Notes under the pieces: generated by a model
Database searches by the model: none
What the model was told of the DNA's origin: nothing
Seen by the model: only the letters and a program-made list of their open reading frames with translations
From: a virus
Taxonomy: Duplodnaviria > Heunggongvirae > Uroviricota > Caudoviricetes
Reading direction: 5' to 3' (one strand)
Virus record (IMG/VR): IMGVR_UViG_2703718857_000001
Location: 1 to 13,485 of that record
Length of the DNA: 13,485 nt
Shown here: piece by piece, positions 1-7,647 of the stretch
Layout: each line of letters opens with the position of its first letter
How positions within the stretch are numbered: position 1 is the stretch's first letter
Made by a program: the position numbers and the translations under genes

Positions 1-318
1 ATGAAAAAGATAGCTGCTATATCATTAATTAGTATTTTTATTATGTCTGGTTGTGCTGTGCATAATGATGAGACAAGTATCGGTAAATTTGGTCTTGCAT
101 ATAAAAGTAATATTCAGCGTAAACTCGATAACCAATACTACACCGAAGCCGAAGCTTCTTTAGCCAGGGGCAGAATATCTGGTGCAGAAAATATAGTAAA
201 AAATGATGCAGCCCATTTCTGTGTTACTCAGGGCAAAAAAATGCAGATAGTTGACCTGAAGACAGAAGGTGCAGGATTACATGGCGTCGCTCGTCTGACA
301 TTCAAATGTGGAGAGTGA
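1..318 (+). CDS. Small lipoprotein, probably host-encoded and flanking the prophage
   Basis: ORF begins at window position 1 with ATG. N-terminal hydrophobic signal peptide ending in a lipobox-like MSGC. Lies left of the candidate att core, so likely host DNA. Function unknown. Confidence 0.6.
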   Translation: MKKIAAISLISIFIMSGCAVHNDETSIGKFGLAYKSNIQRKLDNQYYTEAEASLARGRISGAENIVKNDAAHFCVTQGKKMQIVDLKTEGAGLHGVARLTFKCGE

Positions 319-380
319 GAATATTTTTTGGTAAGCGTCAAATATGCGCGTTCTGGCTGTGCGTAGCCGGAACCTGTGGG

Positions 381-413
381 AGCACGATGCCGATAAGTGA
401 AAGGCATCGTGCT
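381..413. repeat. Perfect 11-bp inverted repeat (AGCACGATGCC / GGCATCGTGCT) with 11-nt loop
   Basis: Read directly from sequence. About 60 nt downstream of the lipoprotein stop. No T-run follows, so it is not a classical intrinsic terminator. Followed by AAGGAGG and a 10-codon mini-ORF (433..465). Confidence 0.5.
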
Positions 414-476
414 ATGAAGGAGGATTCTATCGATGTGGTCAATGGAAGACGGTTACCAGAGATAGGGCTTATGCAT

Positions 477-503
477 AAAAAATAAGCCCGTGTAAGGGAG
501 ATT
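477..503. other. attL: Candidate prophage attL core (P2-type 27-bp att core)
   Basis: Sequence AAAAAATAAGCCCGTGTAAGGGAGATT matches my recollection of the P2 attP/attB core. It sits about 80 bp beyond the 3' end of int, as expected for P2-like phages. Identity is recalled, not searched. Confidence 0.6.
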
Positions 504-582
504 TAGGGTGTCACCAGTAGGGGCTTTCAACGGTACAATGCGGGTTTGAGCGGCATAAATTACCACTGAAAGCCCTTAAACG

Positions 583-1596
583 TTACTCTACTGTGGACAC
601 TGTGTGGACACTCTCGACCTCAGTACCACCTCTTAGCGGATTAAGAGAAATGGCGTCCTGAAGGTACTCTGGCGCAAAATGAGCGTAAACCATAGTTTGC
701 TCAATCCGCGTGTGACCTAGTATCCGTTGTAGCGTGATAATACTTCCTCCATTAATCATGAAATGAGTGGCAAAGCTGTGCCTTAGTGCATGTGTAGCTT
801 GCCCCATTGGCAAATCCGGTTTTATTGCTTTCATTGTACGTCTGAAGCGAGGGTAATCAGCATCAGGGAATAAAAAACCTCGTTTGTTATCCGCGATCAT
901 TTTGGCAACAGCCTCTGAGATCGGGACGGTGCGTGGTTTGTTTGTTTTCGTTTTAACAAACGTGACGCGGTTATGGATGATATTTTCTGCTTTCAAACGA
1001 GCTGCTTCTCCCCAACGTGCTCCAGTACTCAGGCAAAGAATCGCAATCTTTTTGTTGTCGCCGTCAAGAGCAGCAAGCAGTAAGGCAATTTCTTCCTGCG
1101 TGAGATAGCCTGTGTCTGGTTTTTCCTCCTTAAGCCTTTTTGTCCCTCTGATAGGGTGCTCACCAAAGAATAACTCCGCTTCAATCAGGGCTGTAAACAT
1201 GCCGCTAATACATGTTAAATCACGATTGATACTCGAAGGTTTAATACCCTGACTTCTTCGGGTGGCGCAGTACTGGCTGATAAGCGATTTCGTAATTTGA
1301 AATGCGCATGGGTCATTCGTTATTTTTGTGAAGATTTCAATTTTCCCAAGATTAGATTTCCCATGCTCTTCGTGTTTACCCTTTAAATCCCACCAGATCT
1401 GTGTCAGCTCCGACAGACGTCGCTTGTCTGTTGGTTTTGATAGCCATTCTTTATTGTGGTGGTTGTACAACGTGTATTTCTCGAAAGCGACAGCTTCGCT
1501 TTTCTTATCAAACTTCCTACGGATGCGTTTTCCATTACGTCCAGTAGGGCGGATGTCCACTTCATATCGACCATCATCGAGTTTTTTGATTGCCAT
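583..1596 (-). CDS. int: Tyrosine recombinase / phage integrase (P2 Int-like, 337 aa)
   Basis: 337-aa ORF. Tyrosine recombinase box II HxLRHSFATH and catalytic Tyr context MVYAHF. N-terminus MAIKKLDDGRYEVDIRP is P2-Int-like. RBS GGAGGG upstream of ATG on minus strand. Position at the prophage end next to the att core. Confidence 0.93.
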   Translation of the reverse strand: MAIKKLDDGRYEVDIRPTGRNGKRIRRKFDKKSEAVAFEKYTLYNHHNKEWLSKPTDKRRLSELTQIWWDLKGKHEEHGKSNLGKIEIFTKITNDPCAFQITKSLISQYCATRRSQGIKPSSINRDLTCISGMFTALIEAELFFGEHPIRGTKRLKEEKPDTGYLTQEEIALLLAALDGDNKKIAILCLSTGARWGEAARLKAENIIHNRVTFVKTKTNKPRTVPISEAVAKMIADNKRGFLFPDADYPRFRRTMKAIKPDLPMGQATHALRHSFATHFMINGGSIITLQRILGHTRIEQTMVYAHFAPEYLQDAISLNPLRGGTEVESVHTVSTVE

Positions 1597-1650
1597 CAGA
1601 AAACCCTCCGAGTGGTGTGTTTTTTTGCGACTACTAATCGCTTTTTTCGT

Positions 1651-1671
1651 GGTGGCTGAAATTTAGCCACC
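1651..1671. repeat. Perfect 7-bp inverted repeat GGTGGCT-N7-AGCCACC between C and int
   Basis: Read directly. Lies in the C-int intergenic region (1597..1711). No T-run follows on the minus strand, so it is not a terminator. Candidate protein-binding or RNA structure. Confidence 0.4.
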
Positions 1672-1711
1672 AATAGTAGGCACTTGTGATGAATATATTC
1701 ACGATGAATTG

Positions 1712-2011
1712 TTAACCAGTCTTTTGACCGGAGTGGGGCGACGTTGTTTCGTTTTGCCCAAAGTGTGCGAGAGCGGGCGCAATTTGCCCGGACTCAGGAG
1801 CGATCTGATTGGTCATGAACCATAAAGTGTATTTGGTGAATTGTGGGGTCTGCAGGATGTTCATCATGACATCTGTTGGAGGTGTTGAACGACCACTTTC
1901 ATAGTAACTCAGCGTGCCATACGGAACCCCTGTTAAATCAGCAAGTTGTTGTCTGCTCAAATACTCTGATTTTCGCATTAAGACTATCTTCTCGCTTATC
2001 GTGTTTGACAT
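1712..2011 (-). CDS. C: Immunity repressor (P2 C-like, 99 aa)
   Basis: 99-aa ORF directly upstream of int and co-oriented with it, divergent from cox. Size and position match P2 C. The sequence looks P2-C-like from memory. Confidence 0.85.
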   Translation of the reverse strand: MSNTISEKIVLMRKSEYLSRQQLADLTGVPYGTLSYYESGRSTPPTDVMMNILQTPQFTKYTLWFMTNQIAPESGQIAPALAHFGQNETTSPHSGQKTG

Positions 2012-2060
2012 GGTGTTTAGATCTCAATAGTATTTAGTTTAGATGTAGATTGTTTAGTGC
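2004..2060 (+). promoter_or_regulatory. Early promoter (Pe-like) with C-repressor operator direct repeats
   Basis: TTGACA at 2004..2009, 18-nt spacer, TAGTAT at 2028..2033, oriented toward cox. Exact 8-bp direct repeat GTTTAGAT at 2015..2022 and 2037..2044 (22 bp apart) flanks the -10. Additional GTAGAT / GTTTAGT copies follow. Confidence 0.55.
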
Positions 2061-2083
2061 TTGGATGTGGGCACTAAAAGGCA

Positions 2084-2089
2084 TTATAA
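2084..2089 (-). promoter_or_regulatory. Candidate -10 (TATAAT on minus strand) of a leftward repressor promoter (Pc-like), convergent with Pe
   Basis: Perfect TATAAT on the minus strand (complement of ATTATA at 2084..2089). The -35 is weak (TTGCGT-like, suboptimal spacing). Placement rests on the P2 face-to-face promoter arrangement. Confidence 0.35.
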
Positions 2090-2125
2090 GACATTAAACG
2101 CAATTCATGAGGGCTAGAGGACGAC

Positions 2126-2401
2126 ATGAGCAAGCAAGTAACACTCATGACTGATGCGATTCCTTATCAGGAGTTCGCAAAACTAATAGGAAAATCGACA
2201 GGAGCGGTTCGTCGGATGATCGATAAAGGAAAGCTGCCTGTAATTGATATGACCGATCCACAATCAGCTTCAGGTCGTGCAGGTGAATATTGGGTATACC
2301 TTCCGGCATGGAATAACGGACTAAAACTGGCTTATGAAAGCCGCCCTAAAGAGATTCGTGACGGCTGGTTGATGTGGTTAGGTCTCGGTGAACCACGTTA
2401 A
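2126..2401 (+). CDS. cox: Excisionase / early-promoter repressor (P2 Cox-like, 91 aa)
   Basis: 91-aa ORF, first gene of the rightward early operon, divergent from C. Size and position match P2 Cox. Confidence 0.85.
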   Translation: MSKQVTLMTDAIPYQEFAKLIGKSTGAVRRMIDKGKLPVIDMTDPQSASGRAGEYWVYLPAWNNGLKLAYESRPKEIRDGWLMWLGLGEPR

Positions 2402-2411
2402 GGAGAACCGT

Positions 2412-2582
2412 ATGAATGAGCCTCGTTGTATTGCTCAGTTACTGCGTAACGAAAGCCCCAGGGCGATTGACTTCACCATCACCCACGGTAAGGGGCGTAA
2501 GGGAATCATTATCCGCACCAAAAAACAGAGTCCGTTAAAAAAGGCTCTGACCTTTCTGAAAAGCCGGAGGGTATGGAAATGA
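2412..2582 (+). CDS. Small hypothetical early protein (P2 orf78-like)
   Basis: RBS AAGGAG at 2400..2405 followed by ATG at 2412. The longer ORF from 2388 overlaps the cox 3' end and lacks an RBS. Basic small protein. Its stop overlaps the start of B. Confidence 0.5.
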   Translation: MNEPRCIAQLLRNESPRAIDFTITHGKGRKGIIIRTKKQSPLKKALTFLKSRRVWK

Positions 2583-3079
2583 CAGTGATGACGCTCAATC
2601 TCGTTGAAAAACAGCCAGCAGCTATGCGCCGGATAATTGGCAAGCATCTTGCCGTCCCTCGCTGGCAGGATACATGTGATTATTATAATCAGATGATGGA
2701 GCGCGAACGGCTAACGGTTTGCTTTCATGCACAGTTAAAACAGCGTCACGCAACGATGCGTTTTGAAGAAATGAACGACGTCGAACGTGAACGGCTGGTT
2801 TGTGCAATTGATGAATTGCGTGGGGCATTCTCAAAACGCCGTCAGGTCGGTGCAAGTGAGTATGCATATATTAGTTTTTTAACAGTCAGCCAGCGACGTA
2901 CTTTATTTATGCACGCACGACTGACAGAAAAAGAATTCAACCAGCCGTACTGGCGAATTAATGAAGAATCATGTTACTGGCGTGATGCTTTATTCCGTGC
3001 ATTACGTGAATTATTCAGTCTGTTTGAGTATGCACCGACAATTCTGACGTCGGTAAAACCAGAGCAATATCTGCATTAA
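2579..3079 (+). CDS. B: Replication protein B (P2 gpB-like, helicase-loader-type function)
   Basis: 166-aa ORF if started at ATG 2579 (GGAGG at 2564..2568); 168 aa from 2573. Position between cox and A matches P2 B. Confidence 0.8.
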   Translation: MTVMTLNLVEKQPAAMRRIIGKHLAVPRWQDTCDYYNQMMERERLTVCFHAQLKQRHATMRFEEMNDVERERLVCAIDELRGAFSKRRQVGASEYAYISFLTVSQRRTLFMHARLTEKEFNQPYWRINEESCYWRDALFRALRELFSLFEYAPTILTSVKPEQYLH

Positions 3080-3142
3080 ATAATTAACCAGAGTTTTTAA
3101 CGCACTTAATCGTGCGGGGCTTCTTTTTGCCTGGAGAAAGTC

Positions 3143-3367
3143 ATGCATACAGTTTCTGAAAATCAGTGCGGTAAATACGCATTACTGCTGCAACAGGCCA
3201 GAACCGAAGCACAGGCCGACGCTGCGACGCGCTTTTCTTCTCATCTTGACGCCATGATTCGCCATATCACAAAGGCGGAGTTATCCCGCGTGGAGATAGT
3301 CGAGCTGCTCAGTCAGGAGTCGGAAAAATTTCACAATATCGGATTGTCTCGCGGGGAGGTGCTTTGA
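3143..3367 (+). CDS. Hypothetical early protein (P2 orf80-like)
   Basis: 74-aa ORF in early operon, start preceded by GGAGAAAG. Stop overlaps the next start (ATGA). Confidence 0.55.
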   Translation: MHTVSENQCGKYALLLQQARTEAQADAATRFSSHLDAMIRHITKAELSRVEIVELLSQESEKFHNIGLSRGEVL

Positions 3368-3669
3368 TGTCCTGTTCTCATTCAGTTGTATTACTGAATA
3401 ACGCCTTAAAAATCGCCGTTATGGAAAATGGTGATTTATCTCTTATTCAACTTTGTCTTGATAAAGAAAAACGCGACATAACTGAATCTGTTATCGCGAT
3501 TTATCAGAATGAATTAAACCTCCTGTCTGATGTGGTCAATTTACTTGTTAAACGCGCTGTATTCCACAAGCAAATTTCCTCCGTGGATGAACTGACAAAA
3601 TTAACGACAGAAATCGTCAGCTATTGCGCTGATGAATTTAAGAAACTGAACGACAAAAGGAACTGGTAA
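3364..3669 (+). CDS. Hypothetical early protein (P2 orf81-like)
   Basis: 101-aa ORF, translationally coupled on both sides. AT-richer codon usage than its neighbours. Confidence 0.55.
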   Translation: MMSCSHSVVLLNNALKIAVMENGDLSLIQLCLDKEKRDITESVIAIYQNELNLLSDVVNLLVKRAVFHKQISSVDELTKLTTEIVSYCADEFKKLNDKRNW

Positions 3670-3893
3670 TGCCGGACAACGTAGATTTCATTCAGGAACA
3701 ACAGGCTGAATTACTGGAGCGCCAGATTAACGCGGCAAGGGTAAAACATTGCGGTGTTTCTGCGCTGGTTTGCGAAGAGTGTGACGTGCCAATACCTGCT
3801 GCCCGTCGTGCGGCTTATCCGTCAGCCACGCGTTGTGTTTCCTGTCAGTCAGTCTTTGAAGCAAAAAACAAACATTACCGGAGAACGGCATGA
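3669..3893 (+). CDS. DksA/TraR-family C4 zinc-finger protein (P2 orf82-like)
   Basis: CxxC-x17-CxxC motif (CEEC...CVSC) typical of DksA/TraR zinc fingers. 74 aa. Coupled to flanking ORFs. Confidence 0.7.
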   Translation: MPDNVDFIQEQQAELLERQINAARVKHCGVSALVCEECDVPIPAARRAAYPSATRCVSCQSVFEAKNKHYRRTA

Positions 3894-4165
3894 GTATTCG
3901 TATTGAAATTGGCGAACGTTATGTCGTTACCAGTGACAGCTTTCAGTTTATTCTCCACGAGAAAAAGAGAGCGGAAAGCGGTAAAAACGCCGGTCAGGAA
4001 TGGCTGTCGGTGGTTGGTTATTACCCGAAATTAAGCCAGCTCGTTTCCGGCATGATGCATCACGATATTCTGACCGGAAGCGCAAAGTCTTTTGCTGATT
4101 TAAACGCGCAGGTTGAGCAACTCAGCAAGCGTTGTTCAGAGGCTTTTGGCTCATATGGCCGTTAA
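3890..4165 (+). CDS. Hypothetical early protein (P2 orf83-like)
   Basis: 91-aa ORF immediately upstream of A, overlapping the A start. Confidence 0.55.
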   Translation: MSIRIEIGERYVVTSDSFQFILHEKKRAESGKNAGQEWLSVVGYYPKLSQLVSGMMHHDILTGSAKSFADLNAQVEQLSKRCSEAFGSYGR

Positions 4166-6278
4166 AGCCTCCGGGCGTTTTGTCCCTCCATCAGCATTTG
4201 CCGCAGGCACCGGTAAGGCGTTTACCGGTGCTTATGCATGGAACGCGCCACGCGAGGCTGTCGGGCGCGAAAGACCCCTTACACGTGACGAGATGCGTCA
4301 GGTGCAAGGTGTTTTATCCACGATTAACCGCCTGCCTTACTTTTTGCGCTCGCTGTTTACTTCACGCTATGACTACATCCGGCGCAATAAAAGCCCGGTG
4401 CACGGGTTTTATTTCCTCACATCCACTTTTCAGCGTCGTTTATGGCCGCGCATTGAGCGCGTGAATCAGCGCCATGAAATGAACACCGACGCGTCGTTGC
4501 TGTTTCTGGCAGAGCGTGACCATTATGCGCGTCTGCCGGGGATGAATGACAAGGAACTGAAAAAGTTTGCCGCCCGTATCTCATCGCAGCTTTTCATGAT
4601 GTATGAGGAACTCTGCGATGCATGGGTTGATGCACATGGCGAGAAAGAATCGCTGTTTACGGATGAGGCTCAGGCGCATCTGTATGGTCATGTTGCTGGC
4701 GCTGCACGAGCTTTCAATATTTCCCCTCTCTACTGGAAAAAATACCGTAAAGGACAGATGACCACGAGGCAGGCATATTCTGCCATTGCCCGTCTGTTTA
4801 ACGATGAGTGGTGGACTCATCAGCTTAAAGGTCAGCGTATGCGCTGGCATGAGGCGTTACTGATTGCTGTCGGGGAGGTGAATAAAGACCGTTCTCCTTA
4901 TGCCAGTAAACATGCCATTCGTGATGTGCGTGCGCGCCGCCAGGCAAATCTGGAATTTCTTAAATCGTGTGACCTTGAAAACAGGGAAACCGGCGAGCGC
5001 ATCGACCTTATCAGTAAGGTGATGGGAAGTATTTCTAATCCTGAAATTCGCCGGATGGAGCTGATGAACACCATTGCCGGTATTGAGCGTTACGCCGCCG
5101 CAGAGGGTGATGTGGGGATGTTTATCACGCTGACCGCGCCGTCAAAGTATCACCCGACACGTCAGGTCGGAAAAGGCGAAAGTAAAACCGTCCAGCTAAA
5201 TCACGGCTGGAACGATGAGGCATTTAATCCAAAGGATGCGCAGCGTTATCTCTGCCGCATCTGGAGCCTGATGCGCACGGCATTCAAGGATAATGATTTA
5301 CAGGTCTACGGTTTGCGTGTCGTCGAGCCACACCACGACGGAACGCCGCACTGGCATATGATGCTTTTTTGTAATCCACGTCAGCGTAACCAGATTATCG
5401 AAACCATGCGTCGCTACGCGCTCAAAGAGGATGGCGACGAAAGAGGAGCCGAGCGAAACCGTTTTCAGGCGAAACACCTTAACCGGGGCGGTGCTGCGGG
5501 GTATATCGCGAAATACATTTCAAAAAATATCGACGGCTATGCACTGGATGGTCAGCTCGATAACGATACCGGCAGACCTCTGAAAGATACTGCCGCGGCT
5601 GTTACTGCATGGGCGTCAACGTGGCGCATCCCGCAATTTAAAACGGTTGGTCTGCCGACAATGGGGGCTTACCGTGAACTACGCAAATTGCCTCGCGGCG
5701 TCAGCATTGCTGATGAGTTTGACGAACGCGTCGAGGCTGCACGCGCTGCCGCAGACAGTGGCGATTTTGCGTTGTATATCAGTGCGCAGGGTGGGGCAAA
5801 TGTTCCGCGCGATTGCCAGACTGTCAGAGTCGCCCGTAGCCCGTCGGATGAAGTTAACGAGTACGAGGAAGAAGTCGAGAGAGTGGTCGGCATTTACGCG
5901 CCGCATCTCGGCGCGCGTCATATTCATATCACCAGAACGACGGACTGGCGCATTGTTCCGAAAGTTCCGGTCGTGGAGCCTTTAACTTTAAAAAGCGGCA
6001 TCGCCGCGCCTCGGAGTCCTGTCAATAACTGTGGAAAGCTCACCGGTGGTGATACTTCGTTACCGGCTCCCACACCTTCTGAGCACGCCGCAGCAGTGCT
6101 TAATCTGGTAGATGACGGTGTTATCGAATGGAATGACCCGGAGGTCTTGAAAGTGCTTAATCTGGCATTGAAAATAGAAGCATCACGTAAATGTACAAAC
6201 AAAGGAGACACACGAGCAGGCATAGTTGGCGAGTCAACCGCGATTTTCAATGTACAGGATGCTGATAATCAACAATGA
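4155..6278 (+). CDS. A: Rolling-circle replication initiator / endonuclease (P2 gpA-like, HUH superfamily)
   Basis: Start likely ATG 4155 (MAVKASGRF...); the track ORF from 4113 begins at a TTG inside orf83. HUH-like motif PHWHMML and twin-tyrosine motif GYIAKYISK, typical of phiX174-A/P2-A type Rep proteins. 707 aa. Confidence 0.9.
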   Translation: MAVKASGRFVPPSAFAAGTGKAFTGAYAWNAPREAVGRERPLTRDEMRQVQGVLSTINRLPYFLRSLFTSRYDYIRRNKSPVHGFYFLTSTFQRRLWPRIERVNQRHEMNTDASLLFLAERDHYARLPGMNDKELKKFAARISSQLFMMYEELCDAWVDAHGEKESLFTDEAQAHLYGHVAGAARAFNISPLYWKKYRKGQMTTRQAYSAIARLFNDEWWTHQLKGQRMRWHEALLIAVGEVNKDRSPYASKHAIRDVRARRQANLEFLKSCDLENRETGERIDLISKVMGSISNPEIRRMELMNTIAGIERYAAAEGDVGMFITLTAPSKYHPTRQVGKGESKTVQLNHGWNDEAFNPKDAQRYLCRIWSLMRTAFKDNDLQVYGLRVVEPHHDGTPHWHMMLFCNPRQRNQIIETMRRYALKEDGDERGAERNRFQAKHLNRGGAAGYIAKYISKNIDGYALDGQLDNDTGRPLKDTAAAVTAWASTWRIPQFKTVGLPTMGAYRELRKLPRGVSIADEFDERVEAARAAADSGDFALYISAQGGANVPRDCQTVRVARSPSDEVNEYEEEVERVVGIYAPHLGARHIHITRTTDWRIVPKVPVVEPLTLKSGIAAPRSPVNNCGKLTGGDTSLPAPTPSEHAAAVLNLVDDGVIEWNDPEVLKVLNLALKIEASRKCTNKGDTRAGIVGESTAIFNVQDADNQQ

Positions 6279-6399
6279 TAGCTATTGTGACTATGCTAAC
6301 CATATGAATCTATTGTGTGATTATGAGTAATGACTTTTTCTAATATTTGATTTTTAATGTAGTAACTTAGCTAATTTTAAAATTTGTAAAAGGATGTTT

Positions 6400-7647
6400 A
6401 TGTCGATTTATCAAGGTGGTAACAAGTTAAATGAGGATGATTTTCGTTCTCACGTTTATTCCTTGTGTCAATTAGATAATGTTGGCGTTCTGTTAGGTGC
6501 TGGTGCTTCTGTCGGTTGTGGTGGGAAAACGATGAAAGATGTATGGAAATCGTTTAAGCAAAACTACCCTGAGCTTTTGGGAGCACTTATTGATAAATAT
6601 CTTCTGGTTTCGCAAATTGATTCTGATAACAATTTGGTCAATGTTGAACTTTTGATAGATGAAGCAACTAAATTTCTTTCTGTAGCTAAAACTAGACGAT
6701 GTGAAGATGAAGAGGAGGAATTCAGGAAGATATTAAGTTCATTATATAAAGAGGTTACGAAGGCTGCATTATTAACAGGAGAACAGTTTAGAGAGAAAAA
6801 TCAGGGTAAAAAAGATGCGTTTAAATATCACAAAGAGTTAATTTCAAAATTAATTTCAAATAGACAGCCCGGTCAGTCGGCTCCGGCAATTTTTACAACA
6901 AATTATGATTTGGCCTTAGAGTGGGCTGCAGAAGATTTAGGAATACAGTTGTTTAATGGTTTTTCTGGGCTACATACACGGCAGTTTTATCCCCAGAATT
7001 TTGATTTGGCTTTCAGAAATGTAAATGCGAAGGGCGAAGCAAGATTCGGACATTATCATGCGTATCTCTATAAATTACATGGCTCACTTACGTGGTATCA
7101 AAATGATAGCTTGACTGTTAACGAAGTTAGTGCATCTCAAGCATATGATGAATATATTAATGACATAATCAATAAAGATGACTTTTATCGCGGTCAACAT
7201 TTGATTTATCCAGGGGCGAATAAATATAGCCATACAATCGGCTTCGTTTATGGAGAGATGTTTAGACGTTTTGGGGAGTTTATTTCGAAGCCTCAAACAG
7301 CGTTGTTCATAAATGGGTTTGGTTTCGGTGATTATCATATAAATAGAATAATATTAGGCGCGTTACTGAATCCATCTTTCCATGTTGTTATATATTATCC
7401 TGAATTGAAAGAAGCAATTACCAAAGTAAGTAAGGGTGGCGGTTCGGAAGCTGAGAAAGCTATTGTTACTTTAAAAAATATGGCTTTCAATCAAGTAACT
7501 GTAGTTGGGGGAGGAAGCAAGGCATATTTTAATAGTTTCGTAGAACATCTACCATACCCTGTGCTCTTTCCACGAGATAATATTGTTGATGAGTTGGTTG
7601 AAGCAATTGCTAATCTTTCTAAAGGAGAAGGTAATGTCCCTTTTTAA
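6400..7647 (+). CDS. SIR2-like (sirtuin-fold) protein, predicted NAD+-consuming effector of a SIR2-HerA-type defense pair
   Basis: Motifs seen: GAGAS (about 6496), TTNYD (about 6894), KLHGS with candidate catalytic His (about 7074), GFGFGD (about 7320). No CxxC zinc module, as in defense-type SIR2 domains. Start 6400 preferred over 6394 on RBS spacing (AAAGGA at 6388..6393). Low GC. Confidence 0.85.
   Translation: MSIYQGGNKLNEDDFRSHVYSLCQLDNVGVLLGAGASVGCGGKTMKDVWKSFKQNYPELLGALIDKYLLVSQIDSDNNLVNVELLIDEATKFLSVAKTRRCEDEEEEFRKILSSLYKEVTKAALLTGEQFREKNQGKKDAFKYHKELISKLISNRQPGQSAPAIFTTNYDLALEWAAEDLGIQLFNGFSGLHTRQFYPQNFDLAFRNVNAKGEARFGHYHAYLYKLHGSLTWYQNDSLTVNEVSASQAYDEYINDIINKDDFYRGQHLIYPGANKYSHTIGFVYGEMFRRFGEFISKPQTALFINGFGFGDYHINRIILGALLNPSFHVVIYYPELKEAITKVSKGGGSEAEKAIVTLKNMAFNQVTVVGGGSKAYFNSFVEHLPYPVLFPRDNIVDELVEAIANLSKGEGNVPF

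Noticed and set aside
319-503. A tRNA gene at the integration site
   Set aside because: Many integrases target tRNA 3' ends, but I could not see a T-arm or acceptor-like structure here. P2-type att cores are, as far as I recall, not tRNA-embedded.
884-1666. ORFs 884..1108 (+), 1328..1666 (+), 1456..1659 (+) inside the int region
   Set aside because: They lie antisense or out of frame within the well-supported integrase gene, with no RBS and odd composition. Shadow ORFs.
2435-2867. Minus-strand ORFs 2435..2647 and 2622..2867
   Set aside because: Antisense to orf78/B in a tightly coupled rightward operon; Cys/His/Arg-rich translations that are not protein-like.
3080-3142. Hairpin plus T-rich run after B (CGCAC-N6-GTGCG then GGGGCTTCTTTTT) as an intra-operon terminator
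   Set aside because: The stem is only 4-5 bp and weak, and the next gene follows with its own RBS in the same operon. Possibly a partial attenuator but not convincing from sequence alone.
4132-6250. ORFs 4132..4464 (+), 4581..4850 (-), 5647..5985 (+), 5669..5893 (-), 5679..5927 (-), 5924..6250 (-) within gene A
   Set aside because: All overlap the long, motif-supported A reading frame in other frames or antisense. High-GC antisense ORFs are expected by chance.
4155-6278. Gene A being C-terminally truncated by the cargo insertion (707 aa here versus about 761 aa as I recall for P2 A)
   Set aside because: P2-like phages vary in A length, and the ORF ends with a clean double stop. I cannot align from memory, so no truncation is claimed.
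6394-6399. Upstream ATG at 6394 as the SIR2 start
   Set aside because: The AAAGGA RBS abuts it with no spacer; the ATG at 6400 has proper spacing. The difference is two codons and does not affect the call.
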